From NCBI GenBank assembly GCA_038087875.1, contig CM075990.1:11224001-11288000 (forward strand): a DNA stretch of 64,000 nucleotides, in the 5' to 3' direction. Each line of letters opens with the position of its first letter. Positions within the stretch are counted from its first letter, which is position 1. The stretch comes from Malacoraja senta. Its lineage: Eukaryota. Shown here one piece after another: positions 11,077 to 23,228 of the stretch. Both the position numbers and the translations under genes were made by a program. The notes below the pieces were generated by a model, which saw nothing but the letters and a program-made list of their open reading frames with translations, was not told the origin of the DNA and did no database searches.

Positions 11077-11460
11077 TGATGATAGATGCTGCCTTCTTGA
11101 GATGTTTTAGTGGGGAGGGCTGTGCCCATGAACAACTGATTCCTGCAACAGAGAGGTTCACTTGTCCAGTACTCTTGCTTTTGAAAGACTGCGAGGTGAA
11201 CTAATTGAAGCATACAAAATTCTAATGTGGCTCGATAGGGGAGATGCAGGATAATGATTTTCTCGGTTGGAAGCCTGCACTTATAGATTACTGTCTCAAA
11301 CTAAAGGATTGGCCATCAGGACAGTAATAAGAAGAAATAACCTCATCTGAGGGCAGTAAATATATGGAATTCTCAACCCTGAAAGTTTGCAGAGGCTTGG
11401 TCGTTGAGTGCATTCAAGTAAGAGATTAATTGATGGATAAGGGGTTGTTGACGGAAAACT

Positions 11461-11737
11461 GGCACAGTGGTAGAGTTGCTGCCTTACAACGCCTGAGACC
11501 CGGGTTCGATCCTGTATGGAGTCTGTACGTTCTCCCTGTGACCTGTGGGGGCCTTCTCCGCATGCTCCAGTTTCCTCCCGCACTCCAAAGTCGTACAGGT
11601 TTGTAGGCTAATCAGCCTGGTAAAATTGGAAATTGTCCCTAGTGTGTGTTGGATAGTGTTAGTGTGCGTGGATCGCTAGTCGGCGCGGACGAGGGAGTCC
11701 GAAGGGCCTGTTCCCGCACTGTAACACTAAACTAAAG
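11461..11737 (+). mobile_element. HE1-like V-SINE
   Basis: GGCACAGTGG..GGTTCGATCC head, V-domain-like core, CTAAA tail. Confidence 0.9.
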
Positions 11738-12145
11738 TAAATCATTTGTGACCTCATTGAGTGGAAGAACAGACATGAGAGGCCGAATGGCCTATTCGTG
11801 CTACAGTTTATTCCCCTTCTGAGCAGAGGTATCACGGGATGCTCTATTTGACCACTTTGGGAAGGACATATTAAGTACGGATATTCTACGCCAGAACACA
11901 CATGCCTGAAACGTGATGGGGTTGTGGGAGATGGATTCTTCATCTATCACCTCACCCTGAGCATGCCCCTGAATGGGAGTCTTCATTTTAATGGCAGAGA
12001 CAAGATTTTTTTGTACTGAGACCTCTGGAGTGGGAATTGAAACCACATGTGTTGGGCTTAAGTAATAGTTTTCTCCCTGAGCCTGGTGATGCACTAAAAT
12101 ACATCAATGAACTGGTTGGATGTTAAAACCACTTTAAACCAACCA

Positions 12146-13530
12146 TCGTTGGTATTGCATATCTTCCATTCATTTCTTCTAAGTACCGTCTGTAGCTCAC
12201 ATTCCCCTTTCCCCTGACACTCAGTCTGAAGAAGGGTCTCGACCCAAAACGTCGCCTATTCCTTTTCTCCCGAGATGCTGCCTGTCCCGCTAAGTTACTC
12301 CAACTTTTTGTGCTTGTCCTTGGTTTAAACTAACCAGAGGACAGTTTTAAAGAACAATGAATGAATGATATGCAAAAAATGATAAAGGGAACAGGCCATT
12401 GCTAACTGTTTGTTGGGTGAAAACGAGAAGCTGGTGCGACTTGGCTGGGGGAAGGATAGAAGGAGAAGGAATGCAGGGGTTACTTGAAGTTAGATAAATT
12501 AATATTCATACCACTAGGCTGTAAGCTGCCGATGTGAAATATGAGACGCTGTTCCTCCAATTTGCGTTTAGCCTCACTCTGACAATGGAGGAGACCTTGG
12601 ACAGAAAGGTCAGTGTGGGAATGGGAAGGAGAATTAAAGTGTTCAGCAACCAGGAGATCAGGTAGGTTCAGGCGGGCTGAGTGAAGGTGTTCAGCGAAAT
12701 GATCGTCCAGTCTACGTTTGGTCTCGCCGATGTATAGGAGCCCACATCTTGAACAATGGATACAGTGGATGAGATTGGAGGAGTTGCAAGTGAACCTCTA
12801 CGAAACTTGAAAGGACTGTCAGGGTCCCTGGACGGAGTTGAGGGAGGAGGTATAGGGACTGGTATTGCATCTTCTGCGGTTGCAGGGCAAGGTACGTGGG
12901 GAGGGGGAGGGGATGAGACGTCGCAGAGGGAACGGTCTCTGTTGAAGGTGGAAAGGGGTGGAGATGTGAAAATGTAGCTAGTGGTGAGATCCTGTTGGAG
13001 GTGGCGAAAATGTCGGACGATTATGTGTTGTATGCGATGACTGATGTGATGAAAGGTAAGGACTAGGGGGACTCTGTTTCTGTTGCGACTAGGGGGAGGG
13101 GGAGCAAGGGCGGGGTTGCTACCCACTGACTCCCACAACTATCTCGACTAATCAGCTTCCTGCAAAGACTCTATCCCCTACACCGAATTCCTCCGTCTAC
13201 GCCGCATCTGTGCCCTAGATGAGTGTTCCATACCAGGACATCCGAGATGTCCTCATTCTTTAGGGAATGGGTGTTCCACTCTCCCATCATAGATGAGCCC
13301 CTCACTCGTGTCTCCTCGTTACCCTGCAACTCCACAGGGTTCATTGTTCATCTCTCTACATCAACGTCTATACCTCTTGTTTCCCTTTTCCCTAACTAGT
13401 CTGAAGAAGGGTCTTGCCCCAAGACGTCACCCATTCCTTCTCTCCAGAGATGCTGCCTGACCCGCCGAGTTACTCTGGCACTTTGAGTCTATCTTTGGTA
13501 TAAACCAGAATCTGCAGTTCCTTGTTTCAA
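12146..13530. mobile_element. Rearranged Penelope-like element (RT C-terminus, GIY-YIG, pLTR pieces)
   Basis: Minus 12345-13118 has the RVPLVLTFH...GIY-YIG region homologous to 40380-41003. Plus 13119-13333 encodes DSIPYTEFLRLRRIC. Plus-strand pLTR pieces lie at both ends. Confidence 0.85.
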
Positions 13531-13974
13531 CAGTTTTTAAAAACTTCATTAGCAGTAAACCATTTTGAGACTCCCCAAGGTTCTGAAAGGCCCTTAATAA
13601 ATTTCCAGAAACTAATGGGTGACTTCGAGTAAACAGTCCACGGTCACTAACCAATGAGCATGAAGCAAAAATGTGTTAATTAATCTGTTGTTGTCTATAG
13701 CCTGCCCTCTGGTAAACTGCATAATGAGTTGAACAGATTGGGCTAGGTTAAATGCTCCTTCATCTACTCTGTTACTGATTGCAACACCATCGCTATCTAT
13801 AACTGCCATGATTAAGGTAACCGCAGTTTAATGAAAGGGCAATAACTAATTATTAGCATTTGTTTTAAATTTGAGAAGCAGCAATTCCTCTTTGGTTCAA
13901 AGGCAAGTTTTTAATTTATTGCATTGCAAGAAACACAGCATTTTAGTTCGCTCAAAAATGAATCACTTCAATAC

Positions 13975-14105
13975 AGTGTTTAAGAAGGAACTGATGCTGG
14001 AAAAATCGAAGGTAATAAAAATGCTGGAGAAACTCAGCGGGTGAGGCAGCATTTATGGAGCGAAGGAATAGGTGACGTGTCAGGTCGAGACCCTTCTTCA
14101 GACTT
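13975..14105 (-). mobile_element. Penelope-derived mini-element
   Basis: Ends GACCCTTCTTCAGACT. Degenerate TSD ACTTCAATACAGT/ACTTAAATATAGT. Confidence 0.8.
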
Positions 14106-14389
14106 AAATATAGTAATGACTCTTATCCACTTGTTCGTTCCTTTGTGTGGTTTTTGAACAGGAGGAAGCCATTCTGCCTTTTGGACACATTCTGGACACC
14201 CGCTGAGTTACTCCAGCACTTTGTGTCTACCTTTGGTATAAACCAGCATATGCAATTCTTTATTTGTGCCTTTCTTACCACTCTACTTGTCTTGCCTTTT
14301 TGGGGAGTTCTGGACTTGGACCCCAAGATCTCCCTGTACATCAATGCAGTGAGCGGTCATGCATTAATTGTATATTCTTCTCATACATT

Positions 14390-14762
14390 TAACCTCATAC
14401 ACACACTTGCTCAGATTAAAATCCATCTGCCATTTTTGCACCCATTTCTGTAGCTGATCTATATCCCACTGTACACTTTGACAGCGTTCTTCACAGTCCG
14501 TGATCCCAGCAATCTTGATATCATCTGCAAACTTACTAACCAACCTCTTTACGTTTAAGTCCAAGTCAGCTTGTGTCACAGCAGAGATTCCTGCACAACT
14601 CCAATGGTCACAGACCTCCAGCCTGAATATTGTCCTTCCACCACAACCCTCTGTCTTCAATATGTAAGCCAGTTCCAAATCCATACACCCAGGTCACTAT
14701 CAATCCCATGCAACTTAATCTTCTGGATGAGCATACCATGGGGGACTTTATCAAATGCCTAA
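14390..14762 (-). mobile_element. Old CR1 RT fragment
   Basis: ORF 14364-14684 includes LVSKFADDIKI...QWDIDQL..WVQKWQMDFNLSKC. Confidence 0.85.
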
Positions 14763-15239
14763 ACCATTCTTCAACCACTACAGGCATCTATTGTGCGGTT
14801 AGGGAGCAAGTCCTGGAATTTAAACCGAACCATAACAAAGAAACTGCAATATGTTTCCAATTTGGTTGGTGTGTGAGTCAGATGATCAGACCCTGAATCT
14901 CACATCAACAGATAGTAAACCTTTAAACCTGCTGCCCATGTCCTTTGAAACCCATGCCTTTGTTACACCATCGAACTGTTTGTTGGTTACATAACCATGC
15001 CCTTTGTTACATCACCATGCCCTTTGTTACATCACTATGCCCTTAGTAACAGCATCTCGTTGTGAAATTATCCCATTGCTCTCTATTCTACACTAGTTCC
15101 TGGACTAACAATGCCTTGTAGAATGTTACGTGTAATTTATGTATAATTTATGTATAATGTATTTTTAGTGTCTGTATCTGACATCTATGTGCCTGTGATG
15201 CTGCTGCAAACAGGATTTTCATTGTAATTGCACCTCACT

Positions 15240-15620
15240 GTAGATAGACACAAAATGCTGGAGTTAAGGGCCTGTCCCACTTGGGCGTCATTTGTGGGTC
15301 ATTTACGCGACGTTATTTACGCGTCACGACGCGCGATGCGCACATGGCGTGGTGACATAGGCAGTGACGCGTGGTCGCGGGCGGTGCCCCAGGATTTTGG
15401 GATTCACAAAATTTTCACGCGCCACCTGCGTGACGCGCAAATGATGCCCAAGTGGGACAGGCCCTTAACTCAGTAGAACAGGCAGCATCTCTGGAAAGAT
15501 CTTGACCTGAAATGTCACCCATTCCTTGTCTCCAGAGATGCTGCCTGTCCCGCTGAGTTACTGCAGCGTTTTGTGTCTATCTTTGGTTTAAACCAGCATC
15601 TGCAGTTCCTTCCTACACAT
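15240..15620. mobile_element. Fold-back Penelope-derived mini-element interrupted by MITE
   Basis: AAAATGCTGGAG|TAACTCAG is split by the MITE, followed by a plus-strand arm ending CCTACACA. Confidence 0.75.
15267..15465. mobile_element. MITE, PIF/Harbinger-like
   Basis: 28-bp TIR AGGGCCTGTCCCACTTGGGCGTCATTTG (1 mismatch), flanks TTA/TAA, CpG-rich interior. Confidence 0.9.
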
Positions 15621-16374
15621 TTTGAGGTACAGGTGAGAACTGATGAAAACACTGGGGGAGGCTGGGGTGGAGGAGGCGCTGTCTGAGCGGTGAGATTCAT
15701 TGCAATTAACCCTCGGGTAGAACCGACAAATGTGAAACATAGAGCAAGACAACATTTGGCACTGACTTCAGTCATTTTAGTGCAAATTTAATTTTGCAAA
15801 GAAACCGCTGAGATAAACTTGAATTTATGTTGCACTAAAACTAAGGTTGTGGCAGACATGAATGTGACGGCCAAATGTTTGCCAACACTGATTGATTTAA
15901 ATTGCTAAAAATATTCCTCTTGCCAATTTTTGTCATGGTTGGAAATGTTTTTCAGTGTTGGGATCTCACTGTCTTACAAACTCAGCAGTTTATGAACTGT
16001 GTCCAAAGATTTATTTTCATCTTCTTCATTGCATGGATCAGTGGGATTATAAATAATTTAGCCTGGAAAGAATATCAAAATGTCCATGGCAAAAGGAATT
16101 GTCCTTGTATTTCAAAGTGCAATCTGATAAATGGTAGGACTCAACAAATCAGCTTAGATGTGAATCAGGGAGAATTACAGCTCTGACCTTATGAACCCTT
16201 CTTTGATGCACATTTGTGAATTTTCAGAATAAGTGCGATTAGAATGAGGATTCGTTTATTGTGCAACAGCTACCTAACCTGAATCTGCCATCTGTGACTG
16301 CTGGCACCACCCTTGCTGGTGTTTGTTGGAGATACAGAAAGAGTCATACCGCACAGAAACAGGACCACTGACCA

Positions 16375-16655
16375 TCAATGGTTCAATGGAGCTTTATTTG
16401 TCACATATGCGACTGCACCGTGAATTTATTTTTGCATGTATAACACATGCGGCCGCTGCCAAAGTCTGGTCGGCCCGCGCGCTCGATGTCCCGCGAACCG
16501 ACATTCCTCACCTCTCCATCTTTGTGTCCATGAGCTGTCTCCTGCAGCTGACCTTGAAGGCACTGGAGGCATTACCCTGGTTCACCCTCCTACCGGCTCT
16601 TGCTCCTAGCCTCCGACGCAGCTTTGGATGGGGGCGGGGGGGGGGGGCCCAATGA
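16375..16655 (-). mobile_element. Unclassified GC-rich non-coding retroposon
   Basis: Shares GGAGGCATTACC..GTTCACCCT block with 29900-30190 and 53260-53470. Minus-strand tail GCATATGTGACAAATAAA. Confidence 0.65.
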
Positions 16656-16864
16656 CCGACGAGCCTTCAGATGACACTAACCCTACATTAAACCCTGCAT
16701 TCTCTTTATCTTAGCCCAGCTTCTACCACACACCCGCAAACTAAGGGTCGTTTGCAGTGATCTATTAACCTTGCGAGCCTCACATCTTTGTGATGAGGGA
16801 GGAAACTGAATCACCAGGAGAATTTCATAAAAATGGCATTTGAGGTCAGGATTGAACTTGGATT

Positions 16865-17125
16865 TTAGTTTAGTTTAGAGATACAGTGCGGAAACAGGCC
16901 CTTTCGGCCCACCAAGTCCATGCCGACCAGCGATCCCCGTTCACTAGCTCTATCCTACACACCAGGGACAATTAACCTGTACATCCTTGGAATGTGGGAA
17001 GAAACCGGGGAACCCAGGGAAAACCCACGCAGGTCACGGGGAGAATGTACAAATTGTGTACAGACTGCACCCGCAGTCAGGATCGAACCTGGGTCTCTGG
17101 TCAACTCTACTGCTGCGCCACCATG
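16865..17125 (-). mobile_element. HE1-like V-SINE
   Basis: Reverse complement of the SINE at 31965-32293. Confidence 0.9.
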
Positions 17126-17654
17126 AGACAGCATCTCTACCAGCTACGCTACTGTGCTGCCTTGTCTCAGAGTCTCGGTGAACAATGGGAACTTAAGCAC
17201 ATAGGTCAGCATACAAACCTACAAAATAGGTACGTGTAGGCCACTCGGACCTAAAAGGTTATCTCACCTTTTAACAATGACCCCTTTTGTTTCCACAAGG
17301 GGAAATGTTTTCTCCATATTCACCTCGTCAAGTTATATGTTTCAATCAGCATCATTGACCTTCTGATCTCTCAGCTTCTCACTAATTCCAAGGATTGGTT
17401 AATCAGTAATACACCAATTCAGTGTGTTGAACATCACATTTTATTCTTTACATTGCCTCCCACACCTCTTCATCTTCCACCCATTAGTATCCTTCCATCC
17501 CTCATGTACATAACCAGGTTTCCCTTAATTACATCTATACATCCTGACTGCTCCCCCATGCACCAAATTCCATCTGGTCTCCACTGTCTGTGGTAGTGTG
17601 TACAGAAATCTCATTGCTTTTGGAAGAACACATTACAAAGACATTAGAAAGCTC

Positions 17655-17800
17655 TAAGGGCTAACGGAATCAAGGGCTATGGGGGAAAAGCAGGAACGGG
17701 GTACTGATTTTAAATGATCAGCCATGATCATATTGAATGGCGGTGCTGGCTCGAAGGGCTGAATGGCCTACTCCTGCAACTATTTTCTATGTTTCTATGA
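17655..17800 (+). mobile_element. CR1 3' tail fragment
   Basis: GGAATCAAGGGCTATGGG...GGCCTACTCCTGC..TTTCTATG. Confidence 0.85.
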
Positions 17801-18965
17801 GATGCAAGGAACTGCTGATGGTGGGAACTTGAGCAAAATTCCAAATGCTGGAGGAACAACAGTTTAGGGAGCAGCTGTGGAGGAATGGACAAACAAGTTT
17901 TTCATTCAAGACCCTTCTTCAGACTCTCTCCCTCTAGAACTTTGTATTTCACATGAAGAAGACTTGTCTGTGCACATTAGACTATATCAACACATTGAAT
18001 CACTACTACGGAGGATGCTGCCATGGCACAGCTACACACCCCTGAGTCTGGATAAAGAAATTCTTCTTGAGATTCATGACCACTTGCTTGGTCTCCATCC
18101 CATATGGGAAACATATTCCCCATATCGATCCTATCAAACACTTTCTTAGTTTCCTTTTATATCAGCCTCTTTCCTGGTGGAAGGTGATAAAGCTTATCGG
18201 TATCCCATCTCTGCCAGTGAGGATAATGTCTCATTTCTGAGATCATCCATACAAATCCTTGATACATTTTCTCCAACACCTCCATCACCTTTGTTACAGA
18301 ATGGAGTCAACACTGCCTTTAGTTTGGGAACCTCTAGTAGGCATCTTCTCGATGCTGCGTGAAAAAGTGTAAAGTAATTGCTTGTAATCTTGTTTCTGTG
18401 AAATCAGAGCTGGAATGCAATCTGTTAAGGAGCCGAGAGATGAAATGAAAATGCTTTACTTGTTTCCTTGTTTCCCCAGCAGTTCCTCGTTTCCTTGCCT
18501 AAGCTTCAACTCGACTTTATTTTCTGATCTCATGTGTGCATTGCTTTCTACTGCCATGGTTTTTGGCTCACTCCCTTTCCCAGCACTGCCATGTCAGCAG
18601 TCACAGTGGGGATTCTCCATGTAAACAGGGCATGGGGTTGCTGTGGTCGCTAGTTGCTGCCACCAGGTGGCATTTCAGTTCCACTCCATTCTGTACGTCA
18701 AGTGGGCAAAGCCATCAGAGATGGCTGGAGTGAACGAAAATTGCAAATCCTCACAGTTCAGCAGCCCAAGGTGCTAATCAGCTCTGAAGTTTATTGCCGC
18801 GAATGACTTCATGCTTTAGGACAGCTACAAAGAGGTGTGCATTATGGAATCATACCAACCTGATAATCACTATGCTGGAGATATGTAGTGAAATAGATTG
18901 CCCAGCCTAAGGCAAGGTCAACTGGTCAGGTAGCACCTATGGCAGAGAAAGGTGCACCTCTATTA

Positions 18966-19236
18966 GGGTGGCACAGTGGCGCAATTGTAGAGATGCTACT
19001 TTACAGTGTCAGAGACCCGGGTAAGATCCTGACTATGGATGCTGTTTGTACGGAGTTTGTACATTCTCCGTGTGACCGTGTGGGTTTGCCCCGTTTTCCT
19101 CCCACACTTCAAACACCTACAGGTTTGTAGATTAATTATCTTCTGTAAATTGTTAAATTGTCCCTAGTGTGTAGGGCAGTGCGGGGACTCAGTGGGCCCT
19201 AGGGCCTGTTTCCACGCTGTATCTCTAAAGTCTAAA
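18966..19236 (+). mobile_element. HE1-like V-SINE
   Basis: Head, core and GGGCCTGTTTCCACGCTGTATCTCTAAA tail. Confidence 0.85.
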
Positions 19237-19674
19237 CAGAGTTAATGATTCAGGTCATTCAGTCAGAACTTGGAAAATTCATCCAACATGCACCCAATGG
19301 ATGACACTGATGGTTGAAGGAACAAAGTGCTAGAGGAACACAGCAGACCAGGCAACATCTATGGAGGGAAAAGGACAGACGATGTTTCATGTCAGAACTC
19401 TTCAGATTGTTCTTTAGTTTTGTTACCGATTTCCAGCGTTAGGAGCATTTCAGTCTTTGGCCAGTTCTGACACGAGATCACTGTTCTGCAACATTAACCT
19501 GGTTTATTTCTGGCCACACATTCCGAGAACTCTCCCTTATTTCAGATTTCCAGCAACTGTTGTATTTCACAGTTCCAGCAATGTTTGAATTTTGTTTTAA
19601 TCCACCTCTATTTAAACCTGTCTATGGACTTCAGCAAGGTATTCAATAAATGTTTTCATAGCTGATCCAGGGAG

Positions 19675-19900
19675 AGGTAGCAACATGACTCATTTAGTTG
19701 TCACCTCTCAAGTCATAAACTTGTGTTTCTAACTCCCATTTCCAGACACTTGAGCTAAAAGGTCCAGACCGCCATTACAGCAAATGGTCCATAGTCAGAC
19801 CAGTGGTCTTTCAGACGTGATGTTGACCCTAGGCCCTCTCTGTTCTCTCAGGTCTGAGCAACCACTCCATTCCCAGGAAAGTTGGAAGAGTGAAGGGGGA
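19675..19900 (+). mobile_element. Ancient Deu-domain SINE relic (SacSINE/AmnSINE-like)
   Basis: CCAGACACTTGAGC...GGTCTTTCAGACGTGATGTTGACCCTAGGCCCTCTCTGTTCTCTCAGGT resembles the remembered Deu-domain consensus. Confidence 0.55.
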
Positions 19901-20377
19901 AATTAATTTTCTGATTGATTTGTTGGAATGCAGGAGAATGAGAGTAGGTTGGATTGAGTCATTGGAGCTTACCATGTGCGTGTTTGTGGGAAGTGCTTAG
20001 GATCAGTACCATGTGATGTAAGTAAATGTGAAGGATGCAAAGCTTTTTGCAAAACAGCAGTTCTTGCAGCTGGAACCATGAAAACAAACTTGTCAAAGAT
20101 GAATAATGTCGGGTCCAAAGTTCAATATTTCTGGATTTCATCTTAATTACCTTTGGATGTTAGAAGAAACACGGGACGATGTTCACTTAAGGTGACCTCT
20201 GTTGGACTGAGTCCATGAGTTGACATCTGAAAGCAATATGTGGAGGCAAGGCACACCACCTTACCCTCCCAACACTGCCTTCATCTCTTAATTCCCCTCC
20301 ACTGGTGCTCCACACATCTGGCCTGTCCAACTCTGCTCCTGTTCCATTCATCTTGCCTTGTCCCTTCTTATAACGGA

Positions 20378-20860
20378 GAACATAGAAATGCAATGCAGGA
20401 AGTGGCCCTTTGGCCCACAATGCCCGTGCCAAACGTGATAGCAATTTAGGATAATCCCCTCTGACTGCACATGAGCCATATCCCTCCTTCCCCTGCATCT
20501 CCACGAGTTTATCTAAAAGCCTCTTAAATCCCCCTATTGTACCGTCCCCCACCACAACTCCTGGCAGTGTGTTCCAGGCATCCACCACTCTCTGTATAAA
20601 GAATCATGCCCCGCACATCTCATTTGCTCCTCTCCCCGTAAAGCTCTGCCCTCTAGCCTTTGACACTTCCACTCTGGGAAAGATGGTTTTGACTGTCTTA
20701 CCTACCTATGCCGCTCATATTTTTACATACTTCTGGATCTTCTCTCAAACTCTGACGTTCCAGAGAAAACAATCCGAGTGTCCAACCTCTCCTTACAGCT
20801 GATACCCTCTAACCCAGGCAGCATTCTGTTAAACCTTTTCTTCAACCCTCTCCAAAGCTT
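20378..20860 (-). mobile_element. Older CR1 3' fragment
   Basis: VDAWNTLPGVVV..GTIGGFKRLLDK...EGYG plus 3'UTR. Confidence 0.85.
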
Positions 20861-21859
20861 ACTTTCTCTGCTTTAAAAAATGTTCTTGGGCACCTTTCTC
20901 CTTGCGTCCTCTCTCCCCCCCCCCCCACCCCCCACCCATGTACCAGTACAAGGATTAGTTGTTTGGTCCCCACTTCCTGTTACCTGAAGTTAGCAACAAG
21001 CACATGTGAAATATGCGTGGCAATATTTGACCCAGTTCCTGTATCAGGTGCAACTTTTGTGCATATCATTATAAGAACACATTTTTGACAATGGAATTTG
21101 ATATGATGACTTGGAGACAGCCAAAATAAACTAACAATACAATGCACATGTTGTTTTATTAGCAAACCAGGGTTGGCAGAGTTTAAGGTTTCGGTGAAAG
21201 AATGTGCAAGATCATAGGAGTCATTTTTTTTCTCCGCTGAACTTGTTGGCTGATAAGTACATTTATTTCTGTTGCTGCATTTCAAAAATGAAATTGCTGT
21301 TATAATTGTACCAGATCCAGTCAGCATTTGCACGCACAGCCCCAGGGAATGTGCAGACATTTCTCTCAGGTGCCCCATGCTTAGTGAATGGAAAGCCTGG
21401 TTTAGAATGATTGGATGCAATCGACCACACTAACAAATACCTTGCCTTATACTCACCCGCAAGTGAACAAAATGTGTAGGAAGGAAATTCTACATTTTCA
21501 TTCAACTTTGTCCCCTTTGATCTCTCGTTTTCACACTTCACCCTTCAATATCTCTCGTTTCCCTCTCGCCCAACTCACAGTCTGAAGAAGGGTCTCAACC
21601 CAAAACGTCACCTATTCCTTCTATCCAGAGATGCTGCCTGTCCGGCTGAGTTACTGTCTATCGTCAGTGAACAATTTGTGTTGACACCAGCTAGGTTTCA
21701 TTGACAACGTGCAGCTTTTTAACCTCTTGAAAGAGGAATTCACAGTTTTAAGGTAAGGTCATAAGTAATAGGAGCAGAATTAGGCCATTCTGCCCATCAA
21801 GTCTACTCTGCCATTCAATCATAGCTGATCTATCTCTCCCCTCAAACCCCATTCTCCTG

Positions 21860-22440
21860 GGGTTATGTCTTGAAATATTTATCCGAGTGAATTATAATCC
21901 ACATACCCTCCTTTTGTGGGACAGAGAGTTTATGAAGCTATAATTATGCCTTAGCTTGTCATTACAAACTATCAGACCTCATGCAACAAAATGAAATGTT
22001 TTTGGTGTTTTACAGCAAGAAGAGTTTATAAATAACATATTTAAATCAGTTACCAATTCCAATGGAGAAGCTGCAAAGAGAATACTCTGTGGTTGAGCAC
22101 TGAATCACTAACTGCAAGGCTGGGGATTGTGTGTTTGACTGCTTATTGTGAATATATCTCATAGACCTCGTATCTCTTGGGTAGTCTTCTCTGACGCTTT
22201 GGCCTGGCCTCTTGCATCTGGTTGCGCTGGTACTGGATTCTGATCTGTTATGTCCTGTTCCACCAGTTCATCATCTCGATTCTGGTTTTGCATGGTCTCC
22301 ACCTCAGACTCATGCATTCTTGGCTCATCAATTTGGTATTCTTGGGTCTGATCCCATCCTCGTCGCCAAAACATTCTGCGTTCAGTGTCCTTGGAGTGCG
22401 TGCGTATATTATACTCGGATCAAGGTGAGCATCTGACACT
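21860..22440 (-). mobile_element. Gypsy-type LTR retrotransposon relic (pol C-terminus, PPT, start of 3' LTR)
   Basis: Minus strand: YNIRTH..RMFWRR, acidic linker, frameshifted RPKRQRRLPKRYEVY, stop at 22143-22145, PPT-like AAAAGGAGGGTA (21904-21915), then TG. Confidence 0.65.
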
Positions 22441-22469
22441 TATATGCAGAGATACTGAAGTCAGTTGGA

Positions 22470-22740
22470 AAGAACTGCAGAAGCTGGTTTAAATCGAAGG
22501 TAGACACAAAATGCTGGAGTAACTCAGCGGAATGGGCAGCATCTCTGGAGAGAAGGAATGGGTGATGTTTTGGGTCGAGACCCTTCTTCTGATTGATAAT
22601 ATTGAACCAGTGTACGGGTCTGAAGAAGGGTCTTGACCCGAAACATCACCCATTCCTTCTCTCCAGAGATGCTGCCTGTCCCGCTGAGTTACTCCAGCAT
22701 TTTGTGTCTACCTTCGATTGAAACCAGCTTCTGCAGTCAG
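22470..22740. mobile_element. Fold-back Penelope-derived mini-element
   Basis: About 115-bp inverted arms with about 30-nt spacer. Confidence 0.9.
22616..22651 (+). ncRNA. Hammerhead-like motif with 4-bp stem I (putative)
   Basis: GGGU CUGAAGA A GGGUC-UU-GACCC GAAAC AUC ACCC. GGGU pairs with ACCC. GUC has become AUC, probably by CpG decay. Confidence 0.5.
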
Positions 22741-22849
22741 TGCCAGTTACACAAACATTGACGATGTTCCCATCATTACAAATCTGCACCACTGTTTAAG
22801 TCGACCACTACAACTTGTTCCTTGTTCTGTGGAAATAATAGATCAGACA

Positions 22850-23228
22850 GCATGGATGAATCATACCCTGGTCGCTCCCACTTCTGCCCTCTCCCATCAG
22901 GCAAAAGGTATAGAAGTGTAAAAACGCACACCTCCAGATTCAGGGTCAGTTTCTTTCCAGTTTTAATCAGGTAACTGAATCATCCTACTACAAAGAGAGA
23001 GCAGTCCTGAACTACTAAATACCTCATTGGTGACTCTCAGACTAACCTTGACCAGACTATGATGGCTTTACCTTACCTTAAATGTAATTCCCTTATCATG
23101 TATCTATCTATAGACTGTATATGGCTCAATTGTAATCATGTATTGTCTTTCTGCTGGCTGGTTAGCACGCAACAAAAGCTTTTCACTGTACCTCGGTACA
23201 CGTGACAATAAACTGAACTGAGCTGAAC
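22850..23228 (+). mobile_element. Rex1/Babar-type LINE 3' end
   Basis: PLPSGKRYRSVKTHTSRFRVSFFP, then tail CACTGTACCTCGGTACACGTGACAATAAA(CTGAA)n. Confidence 0.85.

Larger units (their letters stand above)
10275..11200 (-). mobile_element. Rex1/Babar-type fragment hosting nested insertions
   Basis: Minus-strand tail and C-terminal motif at 10275-10493, resuming after 11074. Confidence 0.65.
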
